Sequence record: MK308675.1
Strand: one strand, 5' to 3'
DNA: 64,000 nucleotides
Shown here piece after piece: positions 27,718 to 38,094 of this stretch. The stretch's first letter is position 1. Each line of letters opens with the position of its first letter. Below the pieces are notes generated by a model. That model saw nothing but the letters and a program-made list of their open reading frames with translations, was not told where the DNA came from and ran no database searches. The translations under genes and the position numbers were made by a program.

Positions 27718-28584
27718 ATGAACATTCATCAATTAGCTAACCAGTTAGCACGAGAAGTTCAAGAAGGTGATGAAATTTCCATGGAATCTTTCGATTCTTT
27801 CTTTGGATATTTGAGCGCCTTCCGAAACAAACTCTCAGTACAAATCACAAAGCTTTTTAACGAAGATTTTAAAGCGCTTGACGTTACTCCAGAGACATAC
27901 GCTAAGCTCGAGTCTCTCCTGTCTCAAAAAGGACTTGATTACAACGACATTGCTAAAGTAGTCATCTACCGCCCAGAAGCAATGACTAGCCCTATGGTGG
28001 ATTTCACCAAAGAGCTTTACCAACAGTTTGCTTTGATGGGTTCACTACAAGACCGCCTATATCGCCCTGCGATTAGCTGGTTCGCTCAAGCAGCTTCCCG
28101 TGATGAGTTCATGGAGAAGGTGTGGAAAGACAAAAACCTTCTTATGGTTGATGTCGAGAAACTGCAGAAAGAAATGCGTCGTCACTATAAGAACGACCGT
28201 GGACGTGAAGGTCCAGACATGGAATCTGTAGCGAAGCTTTATGGGTCACTTCGTCAGTTTGACCAAACACAACAGAACCTACATCTTTTAGCCGAAGCTG
28301 GTAAGCAATTCGACTTGAAGATTCTTAAGGATGCGGAAGAAACTCTTTCTATGCACATCATGGAACTTATTAAAGCGACTGATGAGCGTCAGGAAGAAGG
28401 TCAGGAAATCAAAGACATTCCTGAAGGTACCCGTAAGCGCCTTGCCGAAGTGTTGCGCCATATCGCCATGGAGACCGAATACTTCTCGAGTCTAACCTTC
28501 CTTGCTACTACGGCAATCACATCTTGGAACGACAGCCTAGCTAAAATCGAAGCTGCGTCAGACGAACTTAAGAAAGAGAAATAA
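27718..28584 (+). CDS. head protein with short acidic propeptide
   Basis: SME at residues 21-23 matches the phiKZ gp175 S/A/G-X-E cleavage rule. Confidence 0.6.
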   Translation: MNIHQLANQLAREVQEGDEISMESFDSFFGYLSAFRNKLSVQITKLFNEDFKALDVTPETYAKLESLLSQKGLDYNDIAKVVIYRPEAMTSPMVDFTKELYQQFALMGSLQDRLYRPAISWFAQAASRDEFMEKVWKDKNLLMVDVEKLQKEMRRHYKNDRGREGPDMESVAKLYGSLRQFDQTQQNLHLLAEAGKQFDLKILKDAEETLSMHIMELIKATDERQEEGQEIKDIPEGTRKRLAEVLRHIAMETEYFSSLTFLATTAITSWNDSLAKIEAASDELKKEK

Positions 28585-28587
28585 GAA

Positions 28588-29808
28588 ATGAACTTATTAC
28601 GTCAAGCGATTGCTGAGTCGCTCAAAAAACAAGCAGACGAAGAAAAATACCTTGCGCCGGAAGGCTCAATGGAACCTGAACTAAAAGAAGATGAGATTGC
28701 AACTATCTTCGCCGAATACGAGCAAGAGAACGCAGACCTTGTCGACGCGATGCATATTTATGCTAAGCTGGAAGAGATTGAAGCTCGCGCTGGCAACTCT
28801 TCTCCTGAAATGATTATCTACGCTGTTAACGAAGCACTAGTGAAAGTTCCTGAACTTCAACTGGATACTGTTTCTATGGAATCGGCTAACGACGAGTTAA
28901 CCACTGAAGTTGCAATGCTGGGTCTGGAAGACGTTAAGACTAAACTAAAAGACTTTATCTCTGGCGCTATGAAAACAGTAAAAGAGAAAATGTCTAAGAT
29001 TGGTCGCGCAGTTAAAGATACGTTCCGTACTGAGTATGGCCGTGCTAAGTCTATGTTAGAAGTATTAGACCAAGGCAAGGGCATGAAAGACGCTGCGGTT
29101 AAAGTATCTTCTGGTTACGTTCCTTACTTCCAGGTTAACGGTAAAGCGATTAGTCTGCAAGACGGCCTTAAGCGCATGGCGGCTTCTAGCGTTTACAAGA
29201 ACCACAAAGCAATCACTGGCGGCTTCTACGCAGCAGCTAAAGACGTAACGTTTGATGAAGCAGCAACTGTAGGTACTGGCGTGGCTCGCGCATCTCGTGC
29301 TATTCTGGAAGGTGCTAACGCTAAGATGGTGAAAGAAGTAGACGGCGTACGTGCTGGTCCTGACATCACTCTTTACGTAGCAGACGAAGGTCTACCTAAC
29401 GGCCACAAAACGGTGTTCGCCGTGAAAGAGTCTACTCAAGGCGGCGAAGATACTACGTTCCTAGCATGGGGCCGTACAATAAATGATGGGCGTAAAGCTA
29501 AGAAACTAGCAGGCGACATCACTCTACAGCTAGGCGAGTCTGATGCGCGTACCGCACTTAAGACTATTATGCAGCTTTCCATGAACAACGATAAGCAGTA
29601 TGATGAGTACGCTAAAGGCTACTGGGATGCTATCAGTGCTTACTGGAAGATGATTGATTCTAATACCTTCAATGGTGAACGTGCGCTTGCTATCTCTCGC
29701 ATGGAGAAGAACTTCTTTGCTATGGCCGCTCACTTAGACGGCTTCTTCTTTGCACAAGGCTCAGCTTACAAAGCGTATGTTGGCGCTATCAAAGCGTGCA
29801 TGAACTAA
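28588..29808 (+). CDS. internal head (inner-body-type) protein
   Basis: Acidic N-terminal 114 aa with SME (27-29), SME (96-98), GLE (112-114) followed by a basic helix, as in phiKZ internal head proteins. Confidence 0.7.
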   Translation: MNLLRQAIAESLKKQADEEKYLAPEGSMEPELKEDEIATIFAEYEQENADLVDAMHIYAKLEEIEARAGNSSPEMIIYAVNEALVKVPELQLDTVSMESANDELTTEVAMLGLEDVKTKLKDFISGAMKTVKEKMSKIGRAVKDTFRTEYGRAKSMLEVLDQGKGMKDAAVKVSSGYVPYFQVNGKAISLQDGLKRMAASSVYKNHKAITGGFYAAAKDVTFDEAATVGTGVARASRAILEGANAKMVKEVDGVRAGPDITLYVADEGLPNGHKTVFAVKESTQGGEDTTFLAWGRTINDGRKAKKLAGDITLQLGESDARTALKTIMQLSMNNDKQYDEYAKGYWDAISAYWKMIDSNTFNGERALAISRMEKNFFAMAAHLDGFFFAQGSAYKAYVGAIKACMN

Positions 29809-29820
29809 GATACAAAGTTA

Positions 29821-29848
29821 TCTCCTATCTCCCTCGGGAGATAGGAGG
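29821..29848. terminator. bidirectional terminator
   Basis: CTCCTATCTCC-CTC-GGGAGATAGGAG. Confidence 0.7.
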
Positions 29849-29852
29849 TTTC

Positions 29853-30146
29853 TTATTGCTTCAGTAGCATACTTAGAGAGTCTAGCTTAGCCGCTAACTG
29901 TTCTTTATGGCCTGCGTCCATATGAGTGATTTCCATCTTACCCACAAAGATGCGTCCTTGTTCAAACATCTGGTCATTGAACCATACTAGACAAGGATAG
30001 GAATGAGGCCAGTTAGTCACAGCGTTGCGTACTTCCTTTCGACTGTAACCGCTATCTTTAATACCCATCGATTGATAGAGGGCTTGGTTAAAGCCCGCCT
30101 GTGTGTGGACGAGGTAAACCCCGCCAACGATTTTCTCAAAGTTCAT
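29853..30146 (-). CDS. hypothetical protein
   Basis: 97 aa, start overlaps SbcC stop. Confidence 0.6.
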   Translation of the reverse strand: MNFEKIVGGVYLVHTQAGFNQALYQSMGIKDSGYSRKEVRNAVTNWPHSYPCLVWFNDQMFEQGRIFVGKMEITHMDAGHKEQLAAKLDSLSMLLKQ

Positions 30147-32629
30147 TAACTCATCTCCACTACAGTGTTGTACTCGCCATGGATTTGAACATTGTTCGTA
30201 TTCATAGCGATAACGTCACAGTTAGCAATGCCGCCGTATTCGGAAGCGAAGTGCGAAATCATGATAAGCTGAGAGATAGCGCCCGTGCTAATTAACTTAC
30301 GAATAAACGCAAGCAGATTAGCTCGGTGAGCATAGTCAAAGCTACTGCCGATTTCGTCCATAAATAAAGGATAGCCCGCAAGTTCTTTCTGAGCCATGAT
30401 GACTAGAGTAGCCGCTAGGTTAATGACGTCCTGTTCGCCAGTACTACCTACTTTAATGTCGGGACGTTCATCGCCATCCACGTGCATCGTAAAGTTGAAC
30501 GATAGTTTCTTCTCATCTTTAGGAACCGAGATTAGAAGTTCGTGTTCCCAAATCTCACCCAAGATAGAGTTAACGCTAGCACAGAACTGGTTCAAGCTTT
30601 CTCTTAACTGACGACCGATAAAGCCATGTTGAGGAGAGATAGCTTTAACTAGTCGGTCAAATGCTTTCTTACGCTGAGCTAGTTGCTCGTTCTCTGAAGC
30701 CAGGAACTGACGGCGCTTCTCTAAGTCTTCCCAACGAGTCAAAGAGTTACGCATTGTACCTAGACGGCTTTGCATCTCTTTTACCTTGTTGGTAATTTCT
30801 AGAGTCGCTTCGTTATCAACCCACTCATGGAACAAACGGTCACGCTCTTCTACAAGCTTATCCATTTGGTTCTTGTAAGAAGTCAGCGCAGAGAACATTT
30901 GCTCTAGTTTACCATAGACGCGTACAGTATTGCCCCAGTTAACTTTCTGGACAATCATTTCATCGTAGCGTTTAGTTAGCTCAGTGAAACGACCTTCAGC
31001 GTTATCTGTTTCAGATAGCTTGATGAGGTATTGATATTCCTTCATCTTCTCTAGTTCGCGTTCTAAGCGTAGTTTCTCGTTCTCCTTAGCCAATCCATCT
31101 AACTCATCAGAGAAAGCCTGCATGAGAACGTGAGGCGCTCTAAGGATGTCATCTGCCTTACCAATCTCCGTCCAGATTTTACTGAACATAGGGTATTGCC
31201 CTAAAAGACCAGTAACACGAGTCCGGTTAGCCATATAAAGGTCAACCTTATCCTGTTCAGCTACTCGTGCTTCTAACGTCTTCTCTGCTTCATCCAAAGC
31301 ATTGCGTCCATTCTGAATGTTCGCTTCCAACTGGGCCATCTTCTCGTCTGACATAGAGTCGTTACCCAGAATGCGAGTATCACAATTAGGACAGACAGTG
31401 TCAGACTGCTTAGCTAACACAGCATGATGATGGATGGTTTCAGCACGGTCTAGCTTCTGTTTAATTTCAGCCACACGAGTCTTAGCCGCTGCGGTGGCAT
31501 CGGTAATAGTCTTTACTTCTTCCTGACTAAAGAAGTCTAGAGAAGTAGGAATGTGGTCAGCCACAGAAGCAAAGTTACCGATTAGCAACTTAAGAGAGTT
31601 GGTCGCATCCGTGTAGTTCGTGTAAACACCGATAATGGAAGAAGACCATGACTCTAGTTTTTCAGTAAGCGCTTTAATCTGAGCATCCAACTGAGACGCA
31701 TCGATGGTGTCAGGGCATTCTTCCAAGCGCGCCATGACGTCGGAGAGTTCAGCTAGTTCTTTCTGTACGACTTCAATATCACCATCTACTGCTTCCAGTT
31801 TTTCTTTAGCTGAAGCAATGTTTGCTTTAAACTCTTCAAAGCTAGAGAACTGCTGAGGGAAGATAATCTGTTCTTCTTCGTAGTTAAGAATCTGTTTACG
31901 TAACTGCTGTGCTTTTGGCAAGATAGCTTCTAACTCGCGTTGGTTATTCGCTAACTTAGTTTCAATCGGATTGATGCCATTTAACGACAGATTAGTCAGA
32001 GGCAACAGACTAGTCACCGTTTCCTCTTCTTCCTTTAGACGCATCGCTAACTCTTCCATGTCGCCCATGGAGTCTAACTGAGCACAAAGGTCAGAGTACT
32101 TAACTGAAAGGTGCTTAGAAGCGCCTACAGCGTCACGCAGTGCTTGTTTTAGCTTATCGTAAGTAGCCAGTGCAAAATCGAAATTAACGCCAGAGATGTC
32201 GATAAGCATATTCTCGCGCTGAGACTTAGACATCGAAGTGAAACGAATATCCTGTGTAAGGATGCGATGCAAGTGAGCGGTGTAGCCCATGTGTTGCTCA
32301 ACGAGTTGGTTCTGTACCATTGCGGTACCGCCATCATTAAGTTCCTTACCGTCACGGATAAAGCTATGGTGTGGCTTCTTACCATAATGACTTTCTAGTT
32401 CGAATAGCACGTTATCTATCGATAGCCAGCGAGACTTCTTACAGCCGCCTTCACGAAACTCATTGCGGTCAGTCGTGGTCGGTGTCGCTGCACGGCTGAT
32501 ACTAGATTTACCAGAACCGTTTGTGCCCAAGATTAACTGCCAAGGCTGAGCAGGTGTCCAACGGAAGTAATTAATGTTGGATAATGACAACGGTTTAAAG
32601 CCCGTTAGTTCTAGTTCTAAAAGTTTCAT
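30146..32629 (-). CDS. sbcC: SbcC/Rad50-like ATPase, phiKZ gp165-like
   Basis: Walker A GTNGSGKS, long coiled coil with CPNC zinc hook, signature STGEQ, Walker B FMDE. Confidence 0.92.
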   Translation of the reverse strand: MKLLELELTGFKPLSLSNINYFRWTPAQPWQLILGTNGSGKSSISRAATPTTTDRNEFREGGCKKSRWLSIDNVLFELESHYGKKPHHSFIRDGKELNDGGTAMVQNQLVEQHMGYTAHLHRILTQDIRFTSMSKSQRENMLIDISGVNFDFALATYDKLKQALRDAVGASKHLSVKYSDLCAQLDSMGDMEELAMRLKEEEETVTSLLPLTNLSLNGINPIETKLANNQRELEAILPKAQQLRKQILNYEEEQIIFPQQFSSFEEFKANIASAKEKLEAVDGDIEVVQKELAELSDVMARLEECPDTIDASQLDAQIKALTEKLESWSSSIIGVYTNYTDATNSLKLLIGNFASVADHIPTSLDFFSQEEVKTITDATAAAKTRVAEIKQKLDRAETIHHHAVLAKQSDTVCPNCDTRILGNDSMSDEKMAQLEANIQNGRNALDEAEKTLEARVAEQDKVDLYMANRTRVTGLLGQYPMFSKIWTEIGKADDILRAPHVLMQAFSDELDGLAKENEKLRLERELEKMKEYQYLIKLSETDNAEGRFTELTKRYDEMIVQKVNWGNTVRVYGKLEQMFSALTSYKNQMDKLVEERDRLFHEWVDNEATLEITNKVKEMQSRLGTMRNSLTRWEDLEKRRQFLASENEQLAQRKKAFDRLVKAISPQHGFIGRQLRESLNQFCASVNSILGEIWEHELLISVPKDEKKLSFNFTMHVDGDERPDIKVGSTGEQDVINLAATLVIMAQKELAGYPLFMDEIGSSFDYAHRANLLAFIRKLISTGAISQLIMISHFASEYGGIANCDVIAMNTNNVQIHGEYNTVVEMS

Positions 32630-32701
32630 AATAAAATCTATTTTAAATGAATTTCCACTAGACGAATTGTCTAGATAGTTAATCTTAACAAAGGGTTACC
32701 G

Positions 32702-33784
32702 ATGATTAGTCAAGGCTCTCAGTTCAGAGTCGTCTCGATGGGTATTGTTGCAGAGAACAAACCAAGAGGCGAGAACGAAATCAGAATATGGCCTATTGAA
32801 CTCTATAGCGAACTGAATGACGAAGTACGTCAAGACAGTGACGTGGTTGAGGCAACAGGTACAAAGGAGTCGGGCGAGAGATACCGATTCGAATTAAGAC
32901 GCTCTGCTACTGTCCCTGCTGAATGGTTGGGAGAGAACAACAGAAGAACTTCACCGGATGTCCGTCGAGGCGAGCAGGTCTTCCTATGGCAATCTTCGGA
33001 TGCCGATAAGTATTACTGGACCACTCTGGGACGTAAGAAAGACTTAGACTTACGTCGCTTGGAAACTATCGTCTACGCTTGGTCGGGAGACCCGAATAAC
33101 GAAGACACGGAGTTCAACCTAGACAATGCTTACTACTTTGAGTTGTCTACTCACGATAAGTTAGTAACGTTCCGTACGTCTCAAGCCAATGGCGAGAAAG
33201 TTTCTTATCTTACTCAGTATAACACTGGCGACGGATATTACATTCTGGAAGATTCAGAAGAGAACCGTTTCTCTATCGATTCCATGGAACATCATCTTCG
33301 TTTAGAGAACGCTGACGAGTCTGTGATTGAAATCAATAAGACTGTAGCAAACATCTTTACTAAAGACGAAGTAAACATCCGAACCGATAAGTATACTCTG
33401 GAAGCAACCTCGTCGATTGATGTTAAGACCTCCTCATATACAGAAAAGTCGGATACCTATAAACATTCCGGTGGAACAGTATCGTGGTCCTCTCAGTCCT
33501 TCGACAACACTACCGACAAGTATAACCGCAAAGCTTCTGTGAACACAGTCGGTGGGCCGGTGACATACGACTCCATGAATGCTTTCCCTGCATTTACATG
33601 TGGCCCTGGCGCTACGGCATCAAGCGGCGGAGGCGGAGGCGACTTCGTAGGCGAAATGAAAGGCGGGCTTAACCATACCGAAGGTAAGATTAAGTCTGTT
33701 GAAATGGAAGTAGATAAACTGGACGTAGGCGCTGGTAAGTTCCAATCCATCGAATGGTCTTCTGCGTCTGGCCCATTGCCATAA
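32702..33784 (+). CDS. baseplate central spike/hub protein, phiKZ gp164-like
   Basis: N-terminal OB-fold-like region (GIVAENKP...PDVRRGEQV) followed by short beta-strand repeats and a Gly-rich tip. Confidence 0.7.
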   Translation: MISQGSQFRVVSMGIVAENKPRGENEIRIWPIELYSELNDEVRQDSDVVEATGTKESGERYRFELRRSATVPAEWLGENNRRTSPDVRRGEQVFLWQSSDADKYYWTTLGRKKDLDLRRLETIVYAWSGDPNNEDTEFNLDNAYYFELSTHDKLVTFRTSQANGEKVSYLTQYNTGDGYYILEDSEENRFSIDSMEHHLRLENADESVIEINKTVANIFTKDEVNIRTDKYTLEATSSIDVKTSSYTEKSDTYKHSGGTVSWSSQSFDNTTDKYNRKASVNTVGGPVTYDSMNAFPAFTCGPGATASSGGGGGDFVGEMKGGLNHTEGKIKSVEMEVDKLDVGAGKFQSIEWSSASGPLP

Positions 33785-33799
33785 AAAGAAAATAAGCTT

Positions 33800-33825
33800 C
33801 TCCCTTACCCGCAAAGGTAAGGGAG
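33800..33825. terminator. bidirectional terminator
   Basis: CTCCCTTACC-CGCAAA-GGTAAGGGAG. Confidence 0.75.
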
Positions 33826-33831
33826 GAGTTA

Positions 33832-35286
33832 TTATGGCACTAGTCGCAGTGAAGAGAACGGAGCATTATAGATGCCCAAGTTATCTTTACCTTGCACAAT
33901 GATTGCATGGCGGAAAGAGACCGGAGTCTTCGTGAACTTCACAAAGTAAATCTTGATTTCTTTCTCTTGCTCGAACATTCGTTTGAATGCAGAAACCTGA
34001 GGCATATGTATGCCCTGCGTTAAACGAACCGTCAGCTTCTTACCTTCGTACTCTGTATCCAGAAGAATCAGTCTATCGAACTCAGTTGACTTGATGGGTA
34101 CAGTTTTACCTTTCGCATTCTCTTCAAAGAACATAGCCGTGATGTCTTGAATGTCGTCATCTAAGTCGCCCGCTTCGAATTGTTCTAACAGGTCTAGTTT
34201 GCGCATACAAGAGTCAACGGCATCATCGGCTAGGCGAGGAATGTCTAGGTAGTAAGTCAACATGACTTTCTTATCTTGAGATAAGATGTTCTTGTTAGAC
34301 TTCTTAAACTTCTGGTTCTCAGAACGAACGAACTCTTCCCAACGTGCCTTCGAAGTGAACGCTGCCCAATCTACTACAAATGGGTAGTCCGCCACACGTG
34401 GTGCAATTTCGTTTTGGTACTGACGCAACTTCGCATACTGCAAACATTGCTCTTTCGCTAAGATAAGACCTTCAGCAGCATCTGGGTCAATCTGCCCCAA
34501 GTTACGCGTCTTCGCTTCAATCTTCTTAGCTTTAGTTGCTTCGTCATCGTCTCCTGATTTAGCTTTAGTTGAGAACGCATGGTTCATGTAAATGGTGCGC
34601 CCATCTACTGTCATAGCTTGTGGACGATGCGAGATGTCTAGCAACTTACCGAAACAAAGGAAAGCGTTAGCCGGAGCTACCTTCTCTTTCTTCGGTTTCT
34701 TAGTCGCTGGTTTCTCGTCTGCTGTTGGCGGAACATCTTCTGTTGCTGGTTCTTCTGGCTCAGAAACATAAAAAGACTTCTCCGTACGGAACTTTTCACC
34801 TGCTTTCCCTCCCTCTTGGGCGAGTCGCTTACCTTCAGTAGCAGCAGAGTCAGCGTGTTCGTTACCTAGAATGCCAGAGTGACCTTTCACCCACGTGTAC
34901 TGATAACCGACCTTCTTCGCATCGAGCTGCGTTTGTAGCTTATCGATGTCTTCCCAAAGTTCTCGGTTCTTAACGTCAGTGCCCATGCGGGTCATAAAGT
35001 CATTCTGTTTCCACTTCTGTAATGGGCCACGACAGTTATCCATTACGTACTTAGAATCCATGTAGTAGTGCGCTTCTTTATAGTCGCCTTCTAACACTTC
35101 TTCCATTGCGTACTTATAGGCCATTAGTTCCGCAGCGTTGTTTGTACAACCTACGCCACCCGGCCCGTAAACGCCATATTCATTCTTGCCTTCTTCGGAA
35201 GGGTAACACCACGTGCCCCAGCCGCCTACCCAATTATCATCGATAAGGGACGACCCGCCGTCGGTATAAATTTCAATTTTACTCAT
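33832..35286 (-). CDS. rnhA: ribonuclease HI with C-terminal extension, phiKZ gp155-like
   Basis: IYTDGG, NNAAEL, DSKYV, WVKGHSGILGNEHAD catalytic motifs. Confidence 0.92.
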   Translation of the reverse strand: MSKIEIYTDGGSSLIDDNWVGGWGTWCYPSEEGKNEYGVYGPGGVGCTNNAAELMAYKYAMEEVLEGDYKEAHYYMDSKYVMDNCRGPLQKWKQNDFMTRMGTDVKNRELWEDIDKLQTQLDAKKVGYQYTWVKGHSGILGNEHADSAATEGKRLAQEGGKAGEKFRTEKSFYVSEPEEPATEDVPPTADEKPATKKPKKEKVAPANAFLCFGKLLDISHRPQAMTVDGRTIYMNHAFSTKAKSGDDDEATKAKKIEAKTRNLGQIDPDAAEGLILAKEQCLQYAKLRQYQNEIAPRVADYPFVVDWAAFTSKARWEEFVRSENQKFKKSNKNILSQDKKVMLTYYLDIPRLADDAVDSCMRKLDLLEQFEAGDLDDDIQDITAMFFEENAKGKTVPIKSTEFDRLILLDTEYEGKKLTVRLTQGIHMPQVSAFKRMFEQEKEIKIYFVKFTKTPVSFRHAIIVQGKDNLGIYNAPFSSLRLVP

Positions 35287-35632
35287 TACAGTTAAACCTT
35301 CCTAAGTTAAAATCTTCAACAATGGATTCTAACAGAGCATTATTTTTCTCAAGTGCCTTAACATAAGAACGCACGCTTTCTTTTGGATTACTTGCTGATT
35401 TGAATTCTTCTTTATCTAAGGCACGGAAACTTTTAAGTTGGCTAAACGCTTTCGGATAGCACGGAACTTTAACTTCTTTAGGAACGTTCACCGGTACTTC
35501 TACGCGCTCCGGTATGCGCACTATGATAGGTTCACTTGGTACTTCGACTACAACTGGCTCTGGTTGTATGACTCTAACAGTACAGCCACTTAAAAGTATT
35601 ACTGCTGCTAAGGCGCTAATCAAATATCGCAT
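35279..35632 (-). CDS. outer-membrane lipoprotein, putative o-spanin (Rz1-like)
   Basis: Signal peptide with lipobox LSGC at Cys17, Pro-rich mature region; overlaps the end of a TM/coiled-coil gene. Confidence 0.7.
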   Translation of the reverse strand: MRYLISALAAVILLSGCTVRVIQPEPVVVEVPSEPIIVRIPERVEVPVNVPKEVKVPCYPKAFSQLKSFRALDKEEFKSASNPKESVRSYVKALEKNNALLESIVEDFNLGRFNCNE

Positions 35633-36095
35633 TGTACACTTCTCCTATATCGTCGGCTTTGACGGCTAAAACTTTTATGAGCGTTTCTTTATTCTCTACG
35701 TCATTGCTTAACCGTGCATTTTCGATTCGCAGTTCGGTCATCTGCTCACGTAGATTTATCTTCTCTGTTTTAACTTCCTCCAAAGCGTCTGTTAGGGAAA
35801 CGGTTTTAGATTTGTATTTGGTCGCTTCTTTAGTTTGAGTGTCGACCTTCTCTTTAAGAGAAGCTATCTCTTTCTCATATTTGGCGACTTCCTTTGCATG
35901 GTCTTCTTTTAACTGTGCAATCTCGGCTTTAGCTAATGCGAGTTCTGTTTCTAAATCGCTCTGAGCGATTCCGTTAGACAGGGCCGAACTACCCATGCCA
36001 ATCATAACCATAAGTAAGAGGATGCCTAAGGCTGCTCCGCCTATTTTAAAGTAGTTGGTATAGTTGGCGTAGTAATAGTCGAATATACGTTTCAT
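35616..36095 (-). CDS. inner-membrane coiled-coil protein, putative i-spanin (Rz-like)
   Basis: Single N-terminal TM (IGGAALGILLLMVMIGMG) then about 110-aa heptad coiled coil. Confidence 0.65.
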   Translation of the reverse strand: MKRIFDYYYANYTNYFKIGGAALGILLLMVMIGMGSSALSNGIAQSDLETELALAKAEIAQLKEDHAKEVAKYEKEIASLKEKVDTQTKEATKYKSKTVSLTDALEEVKTEKINLREQMTELRIENARLSNDVENKETLIKVLAVKADDIGEVYNAIFD

Positions 36096-36194
36096 GGGAT
36101 ATCTCCAGTAATAACTTAGTTGTCTAACAAATTCTTTGAGCCTGTATTAATAAAAGCGCTTACAGGCAATATATATATAAATGGGAGCTCTCTT

Positions 36195-37490
36195 ATGGCC
36201 TTAACAATACGCGGCTTTATCCAAATCCCAACCAACGCCAATAACACTGCGAATGCGGTAGCTGGTCTAGGTGAACTGTCGGATAAGGCTTACACGTACT
36301 CCCGAAACAAACAGTTTGTTTCGGACCCAGATAATGCACCGGATATCGACTTAGTCGTGTTCAATGCCGTTAACGAGTCGGACGCGGCCGTTAATGGACT
36401 AGACACTGCTGATGTAGCACCTGGTCTTAAACTGATTAATGACATCCACGATAACTTCGACAACTCAGGCTCTTTAACTGACTGGTTGACGGCTAATGCG
36501 GATGCAAGTCTTTCTAACTTCTCACATGGTAACATCATAGTAGAAGGCGGCATTAATATGCCTAACTACATTGAGTTTACCCATACGGATGCGGATACCA
36601 CGACTTACAAGCTATGGATATCTGACGCGACATTCTTAACGGATTACGATTTAAGTGAGACCGTTATTGTGCCTGCTATTTTGCCTGTGACCGACCTATA
36701 TGCCGATTACACCACAGTGCAAGCCTCCCTAGCTAATTGGTCTAAAATCGATGAGATTAATGCTTTACAAGCAGCAACCGATTCGACTAAGTACACTGAA
36801 GTTACCACTTATGAACTTAAATGGAACGAGCCCACCAACCTAAGTAATCAGATTCAAACTACTTGGATGGTACTAGGCTATGGCCCTGACGGTACTCGTA
36901 CTGACCGTGTGTTAGAAGCTATCCGTAACTACCTAACGGCTAACTCTTCTTACACGGTAGACCAGTGGAAAGAATATCTGCCTGACATCCAAACGCTAGA
37001 CGTGTACAACTTCATTCCTTTATGGGAGAACACGGCACTGGCAGCGGGTCCAGGTATTGACTCTTTACAGCGCCCCGTGTTTAAACAGTCTTCTCTAGCA
37101 AACATCATGACCCAGGTTCTAGTAGGCCGCGATGCAGCGGACTGGACGGACTTCGGTGAGTCTCTGGTAGCTCTGTTCCGTAACATGCCTATCTTAATGA
37201 TAGCAGGTGAAGCAAACGACCCGGCGCGTAACTCTTTCGAGGCATCGTTCCCGGACTACACCATGGTAGCGCTGAACGACCAATCGGCTAACCGCATTTC
37301 TGGTGCAACTCAAGATGCCATCTCGGCACTCGATAGTCTCCTGCGTGCGGCAGAAATAGATGACGGCACCCAGACACTACCTTCGGGCATGACACGTAAC
37401 CAAGTAGCGTCTCGCCGGTTCCTAGAGCGTTCTGTCGGCGGCATTGTTTTCCGTCTAGTAACGAAGTCGTCATTTGAAGAGGTGACCTAA
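36195..37490 (+). CDS. virion structural protein
   Basis: Start moved to ATG 36195 (GGGAG SD); GELS...TYS N-terminal motif recalled from phiKZ-like structural proteins. Confidence 0.6.
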   Translation: MALTIRGFIQIPTNANNTANAVAGLGELSDKAYTYSRNKQFVSDPDNAPDIDLVVFNAVNESDAAVNGLDTADVAPGLKLINDIHDNFDNSGSLTDWLTANADASLSNFSHGNIIVEGGINMPNYIEFTHTDADTTTYKLWISDATFLTDYDLSETVIVPAILPVTDLYADYTTVQASLANWSKIDEINALQAATDSTKYTEVTTYELKWNEPTNLSNQIQTTWMVLGYGPDGTRTDRVLEAIRNYLTANSSYTVDQWKEYLPDIQTLDVYNFIPLWENTALAAGPGIDSLQRPVFKQSSLANIMTQVLVGRDAADWTDFGESLVALFRNMPILMIAGEANDPARNSFEASFPDYTMVALNDQSANRISGATQDAISALDSLLRAAEIDDGTQTLPSGMTRNQVASRRFLERSVGGIVFRLVTKSSFEEVT

Positions 37491-38089
37491 TGCCAACTCC
37501 AGTCCATCAGGCTGTGGGTTTGTATGAAGTAAAATCTCCCTTCTCCGTTACGCCCAATGCAGCATATATCTGTGAATCGATTCAAGGCTTCGAGGCTTTA
37601 ATTGATAAAGGCGTCAATGTCTATGAGACGTACTACTCGCCTCATAGTTTAACTCAAGCGGATTACGAGAGAGACTTAAAGAATAACGAGAACATCGTTA
37701 CTCTCCTATCTTCAACTGAAGATACGGTTATCTTACCGTCTAGCTACATCCTAAGCTTCCCTGACGAGAAAGCGGTTCCCTATAGCCGAACTTTGTTAGT
37801 GGTAGACTTAGGTGCGTTACCAGACGGCTTTGCAATGACAGCAACTCAAGAACATGTTAAAGAGGTCATAGACCACAACATCGGCATTGAGTCTGTCTCG
37901 AGTTTGGTAGTTGGACCAATTACCAACTATGTAGACTATGCTACGCACGGTGACCGTGAACAAGCCAGACGCGCGAAGATTGATTATGAAGATTCTCCGT
38001 TACGTCAGTTAGCTATTGCGAATGAAACAATCGCAGAGCAAGCCGAACGCATTAAGTTACTTCAAGCACAGCTGTTGAAATACATTTAA
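37490..38089 (+). CDS. virion structural protein
   Basis: Stop/start overlap with upstream gene; conserved-looking LVVDLGALPD motif. Confidence 0.55.
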   Translation: MPTPVHQAVGLYEVKSPFSVTPNAAYICESIQGFEALIDKGVNVYETYYSPHSLTQADYERDLKNNENIVTLLSSTEDTVILPSSYILSFPDEKAVPYSRTLLVVDLGALPDGFAMTATQEHVKEVIDHNIGIESVSSLVVGPITNYVDYATHGDREQARRAKIDYEDSPLRQLAIANETIAEQAERIKLLQAQLLKYI

Positions 38090-38094
38090 GAAAC

